Positions 12,440 through 25,616 of a stretch of 64,000 nucleotides of DNA are shown piece after piece. The notes beneath the pieces were generated by a model, which was given only the letters and a program-made list of their open reading frames with translations, made no database searches and was not told where the DNA came from. How positions within the stretch are numbered: the first letter of the stretch is position 1; every line of letters begins with the position of its first letter. Made by a program: the position numbers and the translations under genes. The stretch is from Camelus dromedarius (lineage: Eukaryota), in assembly GCF_036321535.1 (NCBI RefSeq), contig NC_087437.1, forward strand, positions 8,804,001-8,868,000, written 5' to 3'.

Positions 12440-13515
12440 AACAGATTCTGCCCTCCAGCCCACCCCCACAGAGAAGCCGCGCCGTACCAGGTGTGCTCTG
12501 TCCCCATAAACGACACCAGCAGGGGTTGATCAGGACCCCCAGCAGCACCAGAAGAACAGAGCAGACTGAAACAGCACTGCAGGGGCTCTACAAACTAAAC
12601 TGTCAGTGGAAGTGAAACCCCACAAAAGTAAGCCAGAATCCACCCACCGAACCTAAAAGGGCAAATGTCAGCTAAAACAGATTTAAGCAAGAGTAAGAGT
12701 CTCTTTATATAAAGTCAAAGTGTCCAGAATAAAACAGAAAATCATATGTCATACCAAAGACCAGGAAAGCCATAATCTGAATGAGAAAAACAATCAATAC
12801 TGAATTAAATCAATGCTGGGATTGTCTGACAAGACCGAAAGCAGCTGTCGTAAAAACACAAGATACAAGAGCAACACACAAGAAATCAATTGCATCTGTA
12901 TATTCTGTATATACTGATAATGAACAAGTGGAAACCAAATTTTAAAACGCAATAATATCACTTACGATTTCTCCAAAGAAAATAAAATAGTCATAAATCT
13001 AACAGTGCATGTCAGGATTTATATGCTGAAAATTATACAATGCTGATAAAAGAAATGAAAACGGACCTTAAATCTTTGAATGACAAATCATATTTCGGAT
13101 TAGAAGACTCAGTGTTAGCAGCACAATCTTAATTCTTCCTAAATGCATCCACAGGTTTGATATAATTCCTATCAAAATCTCAGAAAGTTTCTTTGTAGAC
13201 ATAGACAAGTTTATTCTGAAATTTATATGGAAATAATAAGTCCCTAGAATAGCCAAAACAACTTTGAAAAAGAAGAAAGTAGAAAAGTAGAAAGAGTGGT
13301 CACTTTCCCAATGTTAAAGCTTATAATACAGCAGCAGTGGTCACAACTATATTTCAAATAACTGGAGAAGGGCAGACGTATAGATCAACGAAACAGAACA
13401 GAGTGCGGACATGCGCCCACACAAGTATGACCACTTAATTTTTGACAAAGGAGCACAAGTCAATAAGTAGCTTTGGAGCAAGTGGACTTTCATTGGCAAA
13501 AAATGAATCTCCATG
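12440..13515 (+). mobile_element. Old L1 with 5'-region sequence joined to late ORF2
   Basis: About 12440-12856 resembles old L1M 5'UTR/ORF1 start; 12857-13515 is late ORF2 (aaatcaattgcat, gacaagtttattctgaaatttatatggaaa, ttaatttttgacaaaggagc). Confidence 0.65.
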
Positions 13516-14879
13516 AGTTTCATTCTGTTGTCTTTGAATACAGCCACCATCTTCTCAGTTCTGGGTCCCAAAATCTTTTTATATCAAAAACGTAAATCTC
13601 AGCATCTCAGGCTGAGGATATGACCAGAGACTTATAGTAAAGAAATCCTTTGCAGAAAACCAATATTATTCCTATCTCTTACTCACTTTTACTTCTATTT
13701 ATCATCAAGACTGATTCTCTGGAAAAGGGAGGGGGGTGGGGATTGGTGGAGAAAAGAGGAGAAAGGAAATTCAGAGGACCAACAAAAATTAATACTAGGA
13801 TGAAAACCATTTTGAAAAAATGGCCAAAATCTTTCACTGTTTCCTTTTAGTCTTTGTGAAGCCAATATGTACATGTCCGGGTGGCCATTTTATTTTTAAA
13901 CATATTTTAATTATTGTGTTTTTTGTTGCTTGTATCAAAATGTTAGGATTCTGTATCAGTCTATAATGAAAATCAAAGTCCTTAATACAATAAATAAAAA
14001 AATCTAAGAAAAACTTAAGAATAAGGGTGAAACAGGTTTTAAAGACATAGGTTGTAGTAATAGTCCTATTTTAAACTCCTATAAGATTTTCTCTACTTCT
14101 TATTTCAACGTCTGCCTTTTGAATCTTTATATCCATTATTTCCTCCCTTTCTGATGGGAAAAAGACTCTGGCCAGAGGTCAAAAATTTGGAGCACAAAGC
14201 GTTAGCTCTGTCATCTGTTAGCTGTGTCACCATTAGCCTCAGTTTCTTCAATCAGTTTCATTCTGTGAGGAAGGAGGGATGGACAAGAATTTTGTAAGGC
14301 TGCCCCAAATTTAGGGCACTATTAGCAATAGCTTCTCAGCTTCTAGTAAATTGGCCAGTGTGAAAGTAGAAAGAAGAGAAAATAACTAAAATGTTCAGAC
14401 GAAGCCACAAAATACCGCTAAGGACTTCAGCAGAAGACTGCCGGGAACCCAGAGATAAGTCTGTTCGGGGAGTGAAACTCTCCTTGTGTCTCACCTAAGG
14501 AGCATGTGGCAAAAGGGTGTCATATCCCATAATATTGCCTTTTCATGGAAGCTTTACGATTATTGATAAAATAAAATACGTGTTGAGAACTTATCACTGA
14601 AAAGGAAATTTAAATACAATAAAACGTAAACTATGGTCTTAAAAACATGATTAAAAAAATGAAAAGATGACCAAGAATAGGAGAATAGGAAATCAATGGA
14701 TTATGTCATATATTCTATAGATAAATTTGCCCTCATGTATAGATTTGCTGTAAATTGAACATCAGTCATTCATTTTTCTTGTCGCTCTTTGTTTTTCTTG
14801 GTTTTGAACTCTTTGTGCTCTGATAATTCTCCTTTGAGGGGGTTCTAGCTGCTGTGGGTCAGGCACTACCGTGTTCATA

Positions 14880-15350
14880 AGCACTTTGACCTTGCTGTAT
14901 TAGCAAAAGAGAACAATCGCCTTTCAAAGCGAGAAGTGGCAAAATATGAAACCAGATCTTAATGAAAGATAAACGGTGAGCTCCAAAATATTCCACAGCA
15001 AAGAATTTGATGCAATGAGCAAGGAAAGCAGATGATTTTGTGAGTCAAAGACTGACAAAGGCGCTCCAGTGGGCTGCGGCTAGCTCCAGGGAGAGACGGA
15101 AGAATTACCAGTTTCACAGATCAGCCAGCACAAAGCTATCGGTGGCTTATAGCCGGGTAGGGCCAAACTGGGCCAGTGGTGCAGGATGGCTGTCACAGCC
15201 ATCATGTCAGAGAATCCAGATAGTAATTTACTGAAATAGGCCACTTAGAGAAATGGAGTCAGGATTAGCCATTTCCCAGAAATGGATATCATGGCCTTTC
15301 TCTGGGTGGCTCTGCACATGAATAGCCTGAAAAGTTACAGGATGACGTAG
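14880..15350. promoter_or_regulatory. Candidate enhancer (motif cluster in unique sequence)
   Basis: TGACCTTG, AACAAT, TGATGCAAT (15008), TGAGTCA (15041), TTCCCAGAA (15273) and TGACGT in repeat-poor DNA. Confidence 0.35.
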
Positions 15351-16109
15351 GGAGAGCCTGACAAAGCCACCAGGTCATGGAAATTGAAAGACATGATGAG
15401 GGAAAAATGGGAGGATCTCAGCGGGGGGGCAGCAATCGGATGGAGGCTTACAGCGTGCAGCGTGTGATATCTCCTGTCTTACTGGCAAAGGATTCTAAAA
15501 AAAAAAAATTAATAAAATGGAGCTCCTTATCTGATATCATTTTACTCGATAGAAACTTTAGATTTGAGATGGTCAAATTATCCTCATACCAGGGTCCCAG
15601 GCTGCTCCATCCTTGAATCCTGAGTTCTGCTATTTCTTTCCTCACTTCTTTCCTCATGCCAGGCCCTTCCCTACAACCCCGTGGTGAGCCAGAGGGAAGG
15701 AGAAGATGCAAGATGTTTTATCTGCATACATTTCTTTCCTGGCTGATACTGGAAAGCTCTACCTGGAGATCTAAGATTCAAATGCAGATTTTTCTGGGAA
15801 ATGAGAAAACATCGCTGCCTTATCATACCTTCACACAGCCATTCCTAATCTTGTTCAGTCCATTTTCTCTGCCTGGAATGACACTGCCTTCCTCCCCTTG
15901 TTCAGATTCTCCTTATCTTCCCGTACCTAACGCAATCATCTCTTTCCCCCATGAAGCCAACTCCCATCCGTCCTCCTTTCTCTCCTCAGGCAGTTAATTG
16001 TACTTTCTGGAATCCCCTTCTTAACTTATTAATGCTTGGATAGTTGTGCCTTTACTATTGTATTTTACTTAGCATGGCTCTCTTCCCCACTAGCCTAAAA
16101 AATAATCTC

Positions 16110-16357
16110 TGGCATTGAGGTTAGAGCTAAAATCCTGATTTGGCTATTTCTTAGCTGGATAATCTAAGACAAATCACTTATGAAACTTTTTGTGCCTCAG
16201 TATAATGTGGAAATTAATAATAATAATAATAATAATAAAATAACCCCATATATGATACATTTGCATAATACTGTAAATGAACACAATTAAAATACTCCCA
16301 GAATACCTGGTATGCAGTCAGTGCTCAATAAAGGTCACTTACTGCTATTTTTATTAT
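16110..16357 (+). mobile_element. MIR SINE with internal (AAT)n
   Basis: gacaaatcactta...tgtgcctcagt...cctggtatgcagtcagtgctcaataaa. Confidence 0.65.
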
Positions 16358-16599
16358 TCCCTTGGAAGACTTCCAGATGATCACACTTACTGACTCATGA
16401 TAAATTCTCAGTAATGTTTGCTTGTGACCGAGCCACTCTGGTTTTCTCCTAATACAAAAAGGCACTTGGTTGATACATCTTTGATGAGACATAAAGTAAT
16501 GGGCTTCTCTGATTGGTCAGTACCGTGTGATGGCTTATGGCCTGAAAATTTGAAATCTACATTTGAAACACTAACTTAAGACGAGCAGTGCAGTTTTAA

Positions 16600-16850
16600 A
16601 GGTAGTGAGAGATTTTACCAGGAGTTCCTTCTCCATGAAAAGGGACACGTGGTTGTCATGGATCTGAAGGTGGAGCAAAAATGAGAGTCGGGGCTTGATG
16701 TCAAATGCTAGGGCATCATCAAAGTTTAGAACTAGCAAAGGCACTGGCACGTGACTGCTGAGGGATGTGGACCAGGTATGGGGCCGAGGCTGATATCCAA
16801 AAGGTGAAACAGAAAGGTGTGAGCTGAAGCATTTGCTAGAATATCTAAAA
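16600..16850 (-). mobile_element. L2 fragment
   Basis: Purine-rich antisense L2-like tract (gatgtggaccagg, gtgtgagctgaagcatttgctagaatatct). Confidence 0.45.
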
Positions 16851-17139
16851 AAACCAACCAAACAAACAACAAAGCAAAAACAAAACAAAACAAAGAAAAA
16901 AAGAATGTCTAGGCAGGAGTGCTCGGGTTTAGGACTGAGATATAGGATAACTGGATGAAATTTGGGCTGGAGAATCTAGGAACAGGGCCACACACAGCAG
17001 GCTGGAACACAGAGCAGTAGTTTGAATCTTCAAGCTTGGCAATGCTCACAGGCCTTGTCCCCTGGCTTAAAGCGGCCTTCCTGGTGTGTGCAGATAAGGA
17101 ACAGCAGGTGTAAGCTGCCTCCCTGGGTGAGAGAGGGTT

Positions 17140-17170
<31 letters not shown>

Positions 17171-17809
17171 CAGATGTCAGTGCCTGAAGGGAAGATTCGT
17201 CTTACCAGGGAACTAACAACAGATATTAAGTGCCCAGAGCTAATGAAGGCTCCCTAAAGGCAAAGACACACCGTTCTAAAATGCTTAATCAAGGATTAAG
17301 TTCAATTGTTCAGCTAAATCCATCTTTGAAAACAGGTTGCTTCCATGAACTTGTTTAATCACACCTCCATTTTCATGATTTTTTTTCTTAAAGCAGTTTC
17401 TTCCAAAGGTCAACCCATCATCAATTTATTTACTTAAGTTTTTATTCTTCATTGCCCTCATATTTCCCACACCGTTTCTTTTATGCAATTAAGGCTACTC
17501 GCTATAAAATCATACTAGTCATTGCCTCATGTAAAGAGGTGCCAATGTTTTTCCTCATCTCCTCAACTCCTGCTGTAGAAACTTCCCACATCCTCTTCTC
17601 AATGGCTTCTTTCACAGCCATACTGCTTGAATAGTGGGCCATATGGACCACATGCCTGTCCATTGTCCCTTGATCCTAGATTCTCTCCTCTAGGGTTTTG
17701 TGACTGAGATTCAGAGACTCTAAGTGCTTCCCGTGGAACCCTTGGATCAGGATGCTATTTCGGTTGCTGTAGATTTTTTTCTGCCATGTGCACAGAGAAG
17801 TAAATAAAG

Positions 17810-18050
17810 CTGTTATATTAAGACTTCTGGTTGCAAGGTAGAAATACAAGTCATATTAGTTGTAGCAAAAGAGGACAAATATTGTTTCACTGAACAATTC
17901 TGAAATATGTAGTCCCATGGATAACTGGGCCAGGTGTTTATACATAGTTATAAAGAACTCTTCATCTTTCAGCTTGGGTTTTTTTTCTATGTTTGTTTTC
18001 ATCTTTGTCAGGAAAGATGGTTCCAACAGCTACTGTGTATGTGATTCTTA
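17810..18050 (-). mobile_element. Old MaLR LTR fragment (MLT1K/L-like)
   Basis: gacttctggttgcaaggtagaaatac...gcaaaagagga...aagatggttccaacagc. Confidence 0.45.
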
Positions 18051-18074
18051 AACCTTTTGATCTTAGAAAGAATA

Positions 18075-19810
18075 AATTTTATGAAATATATACAGACCTA
18101 TAAACTGATAATTAAACACACTACATAATAAAGTCCTAGGAAAATGGAAATAAATTGTACATGGATTAAAAATCTCAATATTGTTAAAATGGCAACTGTT
18201 TCCAGATTGGTGAACATATTCCATTCAAACCCATTCGAAATTTCAAGACTTTTTTGTAGAAATTGATAAACTGATTCTAAAATTTATTTGGAAAAGCAAA
18301 AGATCTAGAAAAGGGAAAACATTGTTGAAATGAAAAAAAAAAAAAACAAAGACGGAAGGATTGATATTACCTGATTTCAAAACATTGTATAAAACTACAG
18401 TAATCAACACAATAAGATACTGGCATAAAGACGGACAAATATGTTAATGCAGTAGAACAGAGGGTCCCAAAATAGACCCACGTGTATATGGCAAATAGTC
18501 ATTTGAAAGAAGTGCCAGCCAGTTTAATGGGAAAAGAAACATGTTTTCAAAAGAAATCATGCTTGACCAAGACTATCTGGAAGGGAAAAAATGAACCTTC
18601 ACTGCTTCCTTATACCACCCACAAAGGTTAATTATATACATTGATTATATACATTGCTGGTGGGAGAGTAACGTGGTGTAACCACTTTGGAACATAGTTA
18701 ACATATCTTCATAAAGCTGAAACATAAAAACCAAAGCCATAAAGCCTCTGAAAGAAAATACTGGAAAACACGTTTGCAATCTTGAGGTAGGCAAAGATTG
18801 ATTAGAAAAGACACAGAAAGTACTAACGAAAAAGATCTAATAAATTTGACTTCATCAAAATAAAAAACCCTGTTTGCCTTATGCCACGATTACAAAAAAC
18901 AAAAAGACAAGCCACAACCTGGGAGAGAATTTTCACAATAAATATTTTTGACAAAGCATTTCTATCCAGAATATATAAAGCACTTCTACCTATAAATTAA
19001 AAAGAAAAAAAAAAAGCAACTCCATATGAAAATGAGCAGAAGACTGCTAGGGGCATTTAACAAAAGAAGATATATAAATGGTCAATCAGCACATGATATC
19101 ACTGGTCACTAGAAAAAAAAATGCAAAAATACACCCACAGTGAGATACTGCTGCACACATACTGGAATAAAAGTGACAGCATCAATTATTGGCAAGTGTG
19201 GTGAGACCAAAACTCTCACACATTGCTGGTGTGAGTGTAAAATTGTGAGGTCATTTTGGAAAACTGATTTAGCAATTCCTCCTGTAGTCAAAGACTCATC
19301 TGCTCGATAATACAGTAATTCATCTCCTACGTCTTAACTTAAGGATACTGAAAGACAGATGTCCTCAAAAGGAATGTTCGTAGCAGTTTTATTCACAAAA
19401 ATTAAAAAAACCTGAAATAACCCAAATGCCTGTTACTAGTTATATGGATAAACAAGTTGCAGAGAAGTACAAATATATAATACTTAGCAGTAAAAAAATT
19501 AACTACTGATACATACAGTGACATGGGTGAGTTTAAAAAGTATTAAGCAGAAGAAGTCAAATGCACACACTCACAAAAGCACATATGGTTATTCTACATA
19601 TAAAATTTCAACAGCAGGCAAAGTTAATTTTTAATCATAGAAATCAGAGAGTGGCTGCCTAGAGGGTGGAACTGACTAGAAAGCAGCACAGGGAAATTTC
19701 CTGGGGTGATAAAAATGTTCTGTTTTTAAGTGTGATTATACTGGTATGTGCAATTGTCAAAATATATTATGGGCATTTCACTGTTTGTAAAATTATCATT
19801 AAATAAAAAG
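18075..19810 (+). mobile_element. Old L1 (L1MC/ME-type) ORF2 end and 3'UTR
   Basis: tttttgtagaaattgataaactgattctaaaatttat, aaaactacagtaatcaa, gtaggcaaagatt, gttcgtagcagttttattcac; ends with aaataaaaa. Confidence 0.85.
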
Positions 19811-20819
19811 CAAACCAAAAAGAAGCAAGAGATAGGTCAATTATAAAAATTAGGAGAAAGCAGTCAACCTCAGCTAAAGACAATTATTTTTCAATTTGTT
19901 TGCAGTTCAAACTTCCAGGCAGTTTGGAATGGTTGGTACACCTGAGTTTCAATTTCTCTTCTGCTTTTTGGCTGTGTGACCTTGGACCAATATCTTAACC
20001 TTTCTGGGCCTTAACTTGTAAAAGGAAGAAATTGCATCAAATGCACTCTGTTTCCTTCAAATGTGGAGAAATGGCTTGTAGGCATATGTTGAAAGTTCAG
20101 GCTCCTTCAGTAATACAGCACTCAGCCGAGTTTCCAAATATCTTGCTACTGGATCATCCCTTGTGGTCCACACCTTTGTTATTTCAGCCCAGGGCTGGAT
20201 CTGTCCCAGGGAAGCAAACAGAACAGTGTGTCCCCAGGTGTGGAGGTGAGTATCTCCCACCTTGTGCTTGGAGGTTCTTCCCTAACAGGATTTGGTCATA
20301 GGAAAAAAATATGACTCTGTAGCTGGTTTTGATTTTTAAACAGAAATTGGAGATAGCTGTTTGGGGTTCCAGTCCTAGTTCTGTGGCTTTGAATAAGCCA
20401 CTTGAAAATAATCCACTGGGCTTTATTATTATCTTCAAAATGGAAAGGTTTTCCTGGAGAATATCCAAAATTTGTTGCAGCAGTAACAAGTCCCCTCTCA
20501 CCTAGCGTCTCTCACTTTAGTCTCTGTGACACAGTTGAATTATTTTTTCTAAAATGTCAAACTAATTTACTCCCCCGAGGTGAAATCTTTGACTGACTTC
20601 CCGTCCTATCAATACACCACGCAGGGATGTGCACCTGTGGGTATCACCTGGGTTACCTTCAATTACACGTTTACTCGCAGTCTTTTGAACCATTGAGCAC
20701 TCGGTGTTCTTCAATTGCATCAGAAAGTCAAAAGTCTCCCTAGCGTCGCTCATCTGTTCCTTCTGGCTAAGAAACTCATTGACAACCTTTTTTAAAAATT
20801 ATAAAACCTTGATGTGAGT

Positions 20820-21722
20820 TTTATTTTTTTCTATTTTTATTGATGTATAGTTGATTTATTATGTTGTGTTAGTTTCAGGTGCACAGCAAAGTGATTCAGT
20901 TCTACACACACATATATATATTCTTTGTCGAATTCTTTTCCATTATATATTATTAAAAAATACTGAATATAGTCCCCTGTGCTATACAGTAGTAAGGCCT
21001 TGCTGTTTGTCTATTTTATACATACTAATGTGCATCTCTTAATCCCAAACTCCCAATTTATCCCTCCATCACCCACCCCCTTTTCCTTTGGTAATCAGGT
21101 TTTTTTTTTCTAAATCTGTGAGTCTATAGTCTATTTCTGTTTTGTAAATAAATTCATTTGTATCATTTTTTTTTCAGATCCCACATATGAGTCATATTTG
21201 TCCTTCTCTGACTTACTTCACTTAGTATGATCATCCATGTTGCTACAAGTAGCATCATTTCATTCTTTTTATGGCTGAGTGATGTTCCAGTGTATATATA
21301 TAAATATACCATATCTTCTTTATCCATTTGTCTCTTGGTGGACATTTAGGTTGCTTCCATGTCTTGGCTATTATAAATAGTGCTTCTATGAATATTGGGG
21401 TGAATTATTTTTTTTTGAATTAGAGTTTTTGTCTTTTCCAGATATATGCCCAGGAGTGGGATTGCTGGATCATATGGTAAGTCTGTTTTTTGTTTTTTGG
21501 GGAACCTCCATACTGTTTTCCTTAGTGGCTGCACCAAACTACATTCCCACCAACAGAGTAGGAGGGTTCCATTTTCTCCACACCCTCTCCAGCATATCTT
21601 TTTTTATAGACTTTTTATAATGGCCATTCTGACTGGTGTGAGGTGATACTGTGGTTTTAATCTGCATTTCTATAATAATTAGCGATGCTGAGCATCTTTT
21701 CATGTGCCTGTTCGTCATCTGT
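20820..21722 (-). mobile_element. Lineage (artiodactyl/camelid) L1, 5'-truncated
   Basis: Antisense 3'UTR with T-rich head; ORFs 21346..21733 give L1 ORF2p C-terminal peptides ([19 protein letters not shown]). Confidence 0.9.
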
Positions 21723-23894
21723 ATAATCGCCAACTTATTGAATTAGCTTTAAACTTCAGCTCAAAGTTTTCCTGTCTTTAAAGAATGATTTGACCATTTG
21801 CTTCCCTTCTGCTTAGCCACCCTCTTCCTGCCCGCTACGTGGAGTTAGAAGTCCCTTCTTAATGGGTCTGTTTTCCAGAGTACTCACATAAGTTTGCATA
21901 TTTTTATTGAGAAACAAGACCCCGCATACCCCTTCCCCTGACACATTTTATCTGAAACAAAAAAACTGAATTTACTACTTGCTAAGCAAAGGGGAACCGT
22001 CCCCCTAGGACACAGACTCTGTGAACAGAGCAAGAGCCAACCTTAGGACAAGTTAGGAGTGACTTTCAGAAGGAACAGGATTCAGGGAATGGCTGAATTT
22101 CCAAGGTATGGGTTTTGAAAGGACCCTGCTACTGATGGGGTGGGATTAACACTGGTTCTGTGGTTACTTATTAAAGTCTGAGGTTAGAGCTAAAGAACAG
22201 ATTTTTAAATTCCTACCTTAATCCTAATACATGACACTTCATATATCAACCACGGATTTTTTTGTTTTCTCTGCTCTCTAAACTTACACTCCTTGTGGTA
22301 GGAAGGCTGTCAAGTTCATCTTTATATCTAATAGATCCTCAAATATGATTGAATAAATACTTTAAAATATTTTGTAATAAAAATTTTACAGCATAGGATG
22401 CATCTCTATTTACCAGTGGAAACGCAAGTCGAGTCTGATGTGATGGTCCTAACTCAATGTTTGGAAGCACAGATGGGAGAGCCAAAAAAAAAAAAAAAAA
22501 AAAAAGAAGTATAAAGAAACATCTCTTTAAAAATCAGCACCAGTTACAAAATTCTGATATGGGCAATTTGACAGATTTTTTCCCCCAAATTCTTCCATCA
22601 CTCTCTTTTTAAACTTCTTTCTGAGTCACACCAATCCATACTGGTGGTTATTCTATTATTATCTGTTAATCTCTGCCTCTGATTGCCATTGAGGATGTGG
22701 TGCGTTGGAGAAGCAGTGTGGAGACCCATAAGTAGAGGACAGTCAGCCGAGGGTCAAGGAAGTATTAGATTTTCTTCCTTTATGTTTAGGATTTTCAAAT
22801 CCAGGAACAGAAATAAACCACAAGGTAGGGAGTGCAAATTACTTTGTCATCAGATAGTTTTCATGTGTGAAGAAGTGAGAAGATGAAGGCAGTGTCAGGG
22901 GCTGCCGTTTGGAGTATCTCACAGGCACAATCGCCTGTTGGCTAAAAACACCTCGATGGGTCTTTTCAGGACTGCCTCTGGAAGGTGATTTCCCTACCAC
23001 CTCCCCTCTGAAGAACTCTAGGAGTTAAGATTTATTTGGAACAAAATATTACTTAGAAATGCGTCACCACCCATCAGCACAGAATCATGTAGACGTTCTT
23101 TAAGCTCTATGGAATGTATGAAATAAGAGAGCATCCTTTATATAAAATAATGAGACCAACGAGGTGGAGAAATGGATGGCCCATGTGAGCATTCAGTTCC
23201 ACACCAGACTTTTTTGTTCTGATAATTTTCCTAAAAAAATATCATGTTTATTCTCTGCCATATTTTTTCTGTTTAACTAAATGGCAAATGTAGACAAGAA
23301 TTTTGTACTTCTGTGAACATACTAATGGGCCATGCATTACTGTAGCCAAATGATTTTCTCAGTTGTGTTGCAAGACATGTTGCACACCAAGAAAGCGTTC
23401 CTTCCAGCACCGCTGCCTTCATCTGAGAGAACTTTTGAAAGTGGTTTGAGTGGATAGAATTGTCCCACATTCTCTCAGGATTTATGATTTCACAAAATAC
23501 CAAAAGGCATTTAGATGGCGTTCAGAGAGATTGTGATTTGGGACATCATTTTGGGGGTTAACACGATAATGTCCAGCAGACACAATCCTGCTTTAGAATT
23601 CAGTGTAGAATTGAATCTGGGTCTTGCTCAGGTGTGAGAAATATTTGTATGCATGGCGTTCAGGCTTCAGAAATGGGTCCAGATTTCCATGTGTCCTTGT
23701 GAATTCTGACACTAATGGTGAGCTGCATAGGGTCCTGTCTTTAATGAGAATTCCACTGCACTTGCCCATTTGAAGTTTTAGGGAAGTTCTGAATGAGAAT
23801 TACTATGAGGTTCAGAAATAGCCTCAGAAGGTGACTAGTACCTGAAACTCTCTTTTTGAGAAAAGCGCTTTGTCTAAGCAGGTATTACCCTGAA

Positions 23895-24062
23895 CAGGGC
23901 CTGCTTCATGAGGATGCAGCCTGGGCGGTCACAAGGGCCCCACCCTTATGTAATGTCTTATTGTCTGCTGTCTTGAATTTCTTAATTTTTTTTTTTTTTT
24001 TTGACAAGAGACTTAACATTTTTATCTTGCATTGGGTTCCACAAATTACTTAGCTGGTCTTG
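23895..24062 (+). mobile_element. MER91A-like hAT-Tip100 MITE
   Basis: cagggcctgcttcatg...gtcttgaatttcttaat...acaaattacttagctggtcttg. Confidence 0.75.
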
Positions 24063-25250
24063 CTTCTCAAGCCAAGAAAAATCCAGCGGCAGTCTGTCGT
24101 GCCCCAGGACAACAAAAGAGATGAGAAGCTGTTTAATGTACACCAGATGGGGAATTACACAAAATCTTACAAGGGAAAGGTAACCCCCTGGGGTTTGCAG
24201 CAACACTGAAGGTGAGAAGCAAGATCATTTGGGGTTGGTGAGGAAAGCCCATGCACTTGAAAGGTGTCCTGGAATTGAGGTCTGAAGTATCTCTGGGCCA
24301 GAGAGACTCTTGTTTTGGACACTCACATGGAATCAATCTGAGCCACCTAGGACACACGTGGAAAAGAGAAGGTTGTATTAATGGTCCTCCTCGATGTGCA
24401 AATTCTAACGCAAATGGAGGAAACTGCAAAGGTAGCAGAAGTTAGAAATTCTGAAAAAAATTAGAATCTCGAAGAATGGGAAATCAAATTCAGGTGGAGA
24501 GTTTCTTCTGCCAGGCATGATCTTGGAAACAAGTGTCTATGTTAAAACTTCTATGACATTAAAACTTCTATAAAAATAGAGCTGCTTAGGGCTTGAAGGA
24601 CGTCAAGGAGAGGCCCTTAGAAAAATATTAGGAGCCCAACTTCACATTTCTGTTACATTCTGTGAAAACTAGGAGAATGTTCTGAGCTTTTTCCTTGGTG
24701 ATATCTGAGTATTGTGAGTACATACAAATTTGCATAAAAAATTCTTCATGAGTAAAGGCTGAAAAATTGGAAATTTGTGAAGCCTAGTAGAAATGTGGAT
24801 ATAGGGTAGTTCTTTGACATGGGGGTAAGCAGATTTTTGAAATATGTCTAGAAAGCTAACTTGGACTCTGTTATAGAAACAGGTTTGTAGACGGTATGGA
24901 TTGGAGTGAAGAGGAATTACTGCTTGCGGTGAGATAGCCCAGCATTCAGATGAGAAGTGCATCTCAGTCTGAATGCTGGGTTGACATCTGACCATGAGGA
25001 GATCCTAGGGGACCCATCAACTGCCTCACTTCCACTCCTCAGTCGTAAACTACCTGAGGGCAGGACCAGCCTCTATCATGGGAAGCTGGTAATGAATAGA
25101 CTTGCTAAAACACTTTTCTTTGTGTAGATGTCACGCTATCTGATGGAGAATTTCTACCAGAGAAATTTTGCTCTGCCATCCTAATTCAGAGGAGAAGTAG
25201 GTGACAGTAAGTAGCGTATGTTCTCCATCTAACCGCTTTTAAAAATATAA

Positions 25251-25372
25251 GAGGCCGAGGGTATAGCTCAGTGGTAGAGTGTATACCTAGCATGCATGAG
25301 GCCCTGGGTTCAATCCCTGGTACCTCCACCGAAAGTAATAAATAAATAAACCTAATTACTTCCCCCATAAAA
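25251..25372 (+). mobile_element. Vic-1-type SINE, unit 1 of trimer
   Basis: gtatagctcagtggtagag...gggttcaatccctggtacctcc...cctaattac. Confidence 0.92.
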
Positions 25373-25501
25373 GGGGAAGAGATATAGCTCAGTGGTAGAG
25401 CACGTGCTTAGCATGCACGAGGTCCTGGGTTCAGTCCCTGGTACCTCCACCAAAGGTAATAAATAAATAGATAAACCTAATTACCTCCCCCACCCATAAA
25501 A
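25373..25501 (+). mobile_element. Vic-1-type SINE, unit 2 of trimer
   Basis: gatatagctcagtggtagagcacgtgcttagcatgcacgaggtcctgggttcagtccctggtacctcc. Confidence 0.92.
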
Positions 25502-25616
25502 GGAGGAGAGATATAGCTCAGAGGCAGAGCACATGCTTAGCATGCACGAGGTCCTGGGTTCAATCCCCAGTACCTCCATTAAATAAATAAATAAATGTAA
25601 TTACCTCCCTACTGCC
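25502..25616 (+). mobile_element. Vic-1-type SINE, unit 3 of trimer, followed by (AT)n
   Basis: gatatagctcagaggcagagcacatgcttagcatgcacgaggtcctgggttcaatccccagtacctcc. Confidence 0.92.

Noticed and set aside
13800..14010. 3'UTR-like stretch ending in AATAAA and an A-run (processed pseudogene?)
   Set aside because: No TSD, no upstream coding remnant and no recognisable parent gene.
15060..15095. Minus-strand AAAHW resembling the protease TAAHC motif
   Set aside because: The Cys is absent, the context does not match, and it is 38 kb from the IVGG frame with no exon support.
20188..20251. Plus-strand exon-like segment (atttcag ... GAG/gtgagt)
   Set aside because: 58 nt, no recognisable peptide and no partner exons; such sites are common by chance.
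21900..22200. Possible ancient LTR
   Set aside because: Too degenerate to place termini or family by eye; the same applies to about 43020-43380.
25251..25616. tRNA gene cluster or CRISPR-like array
   Set aside because: Units have A/B boxes but carry SINE tails, have no unique spacers and lie in mammalian DNA with no cas genes.
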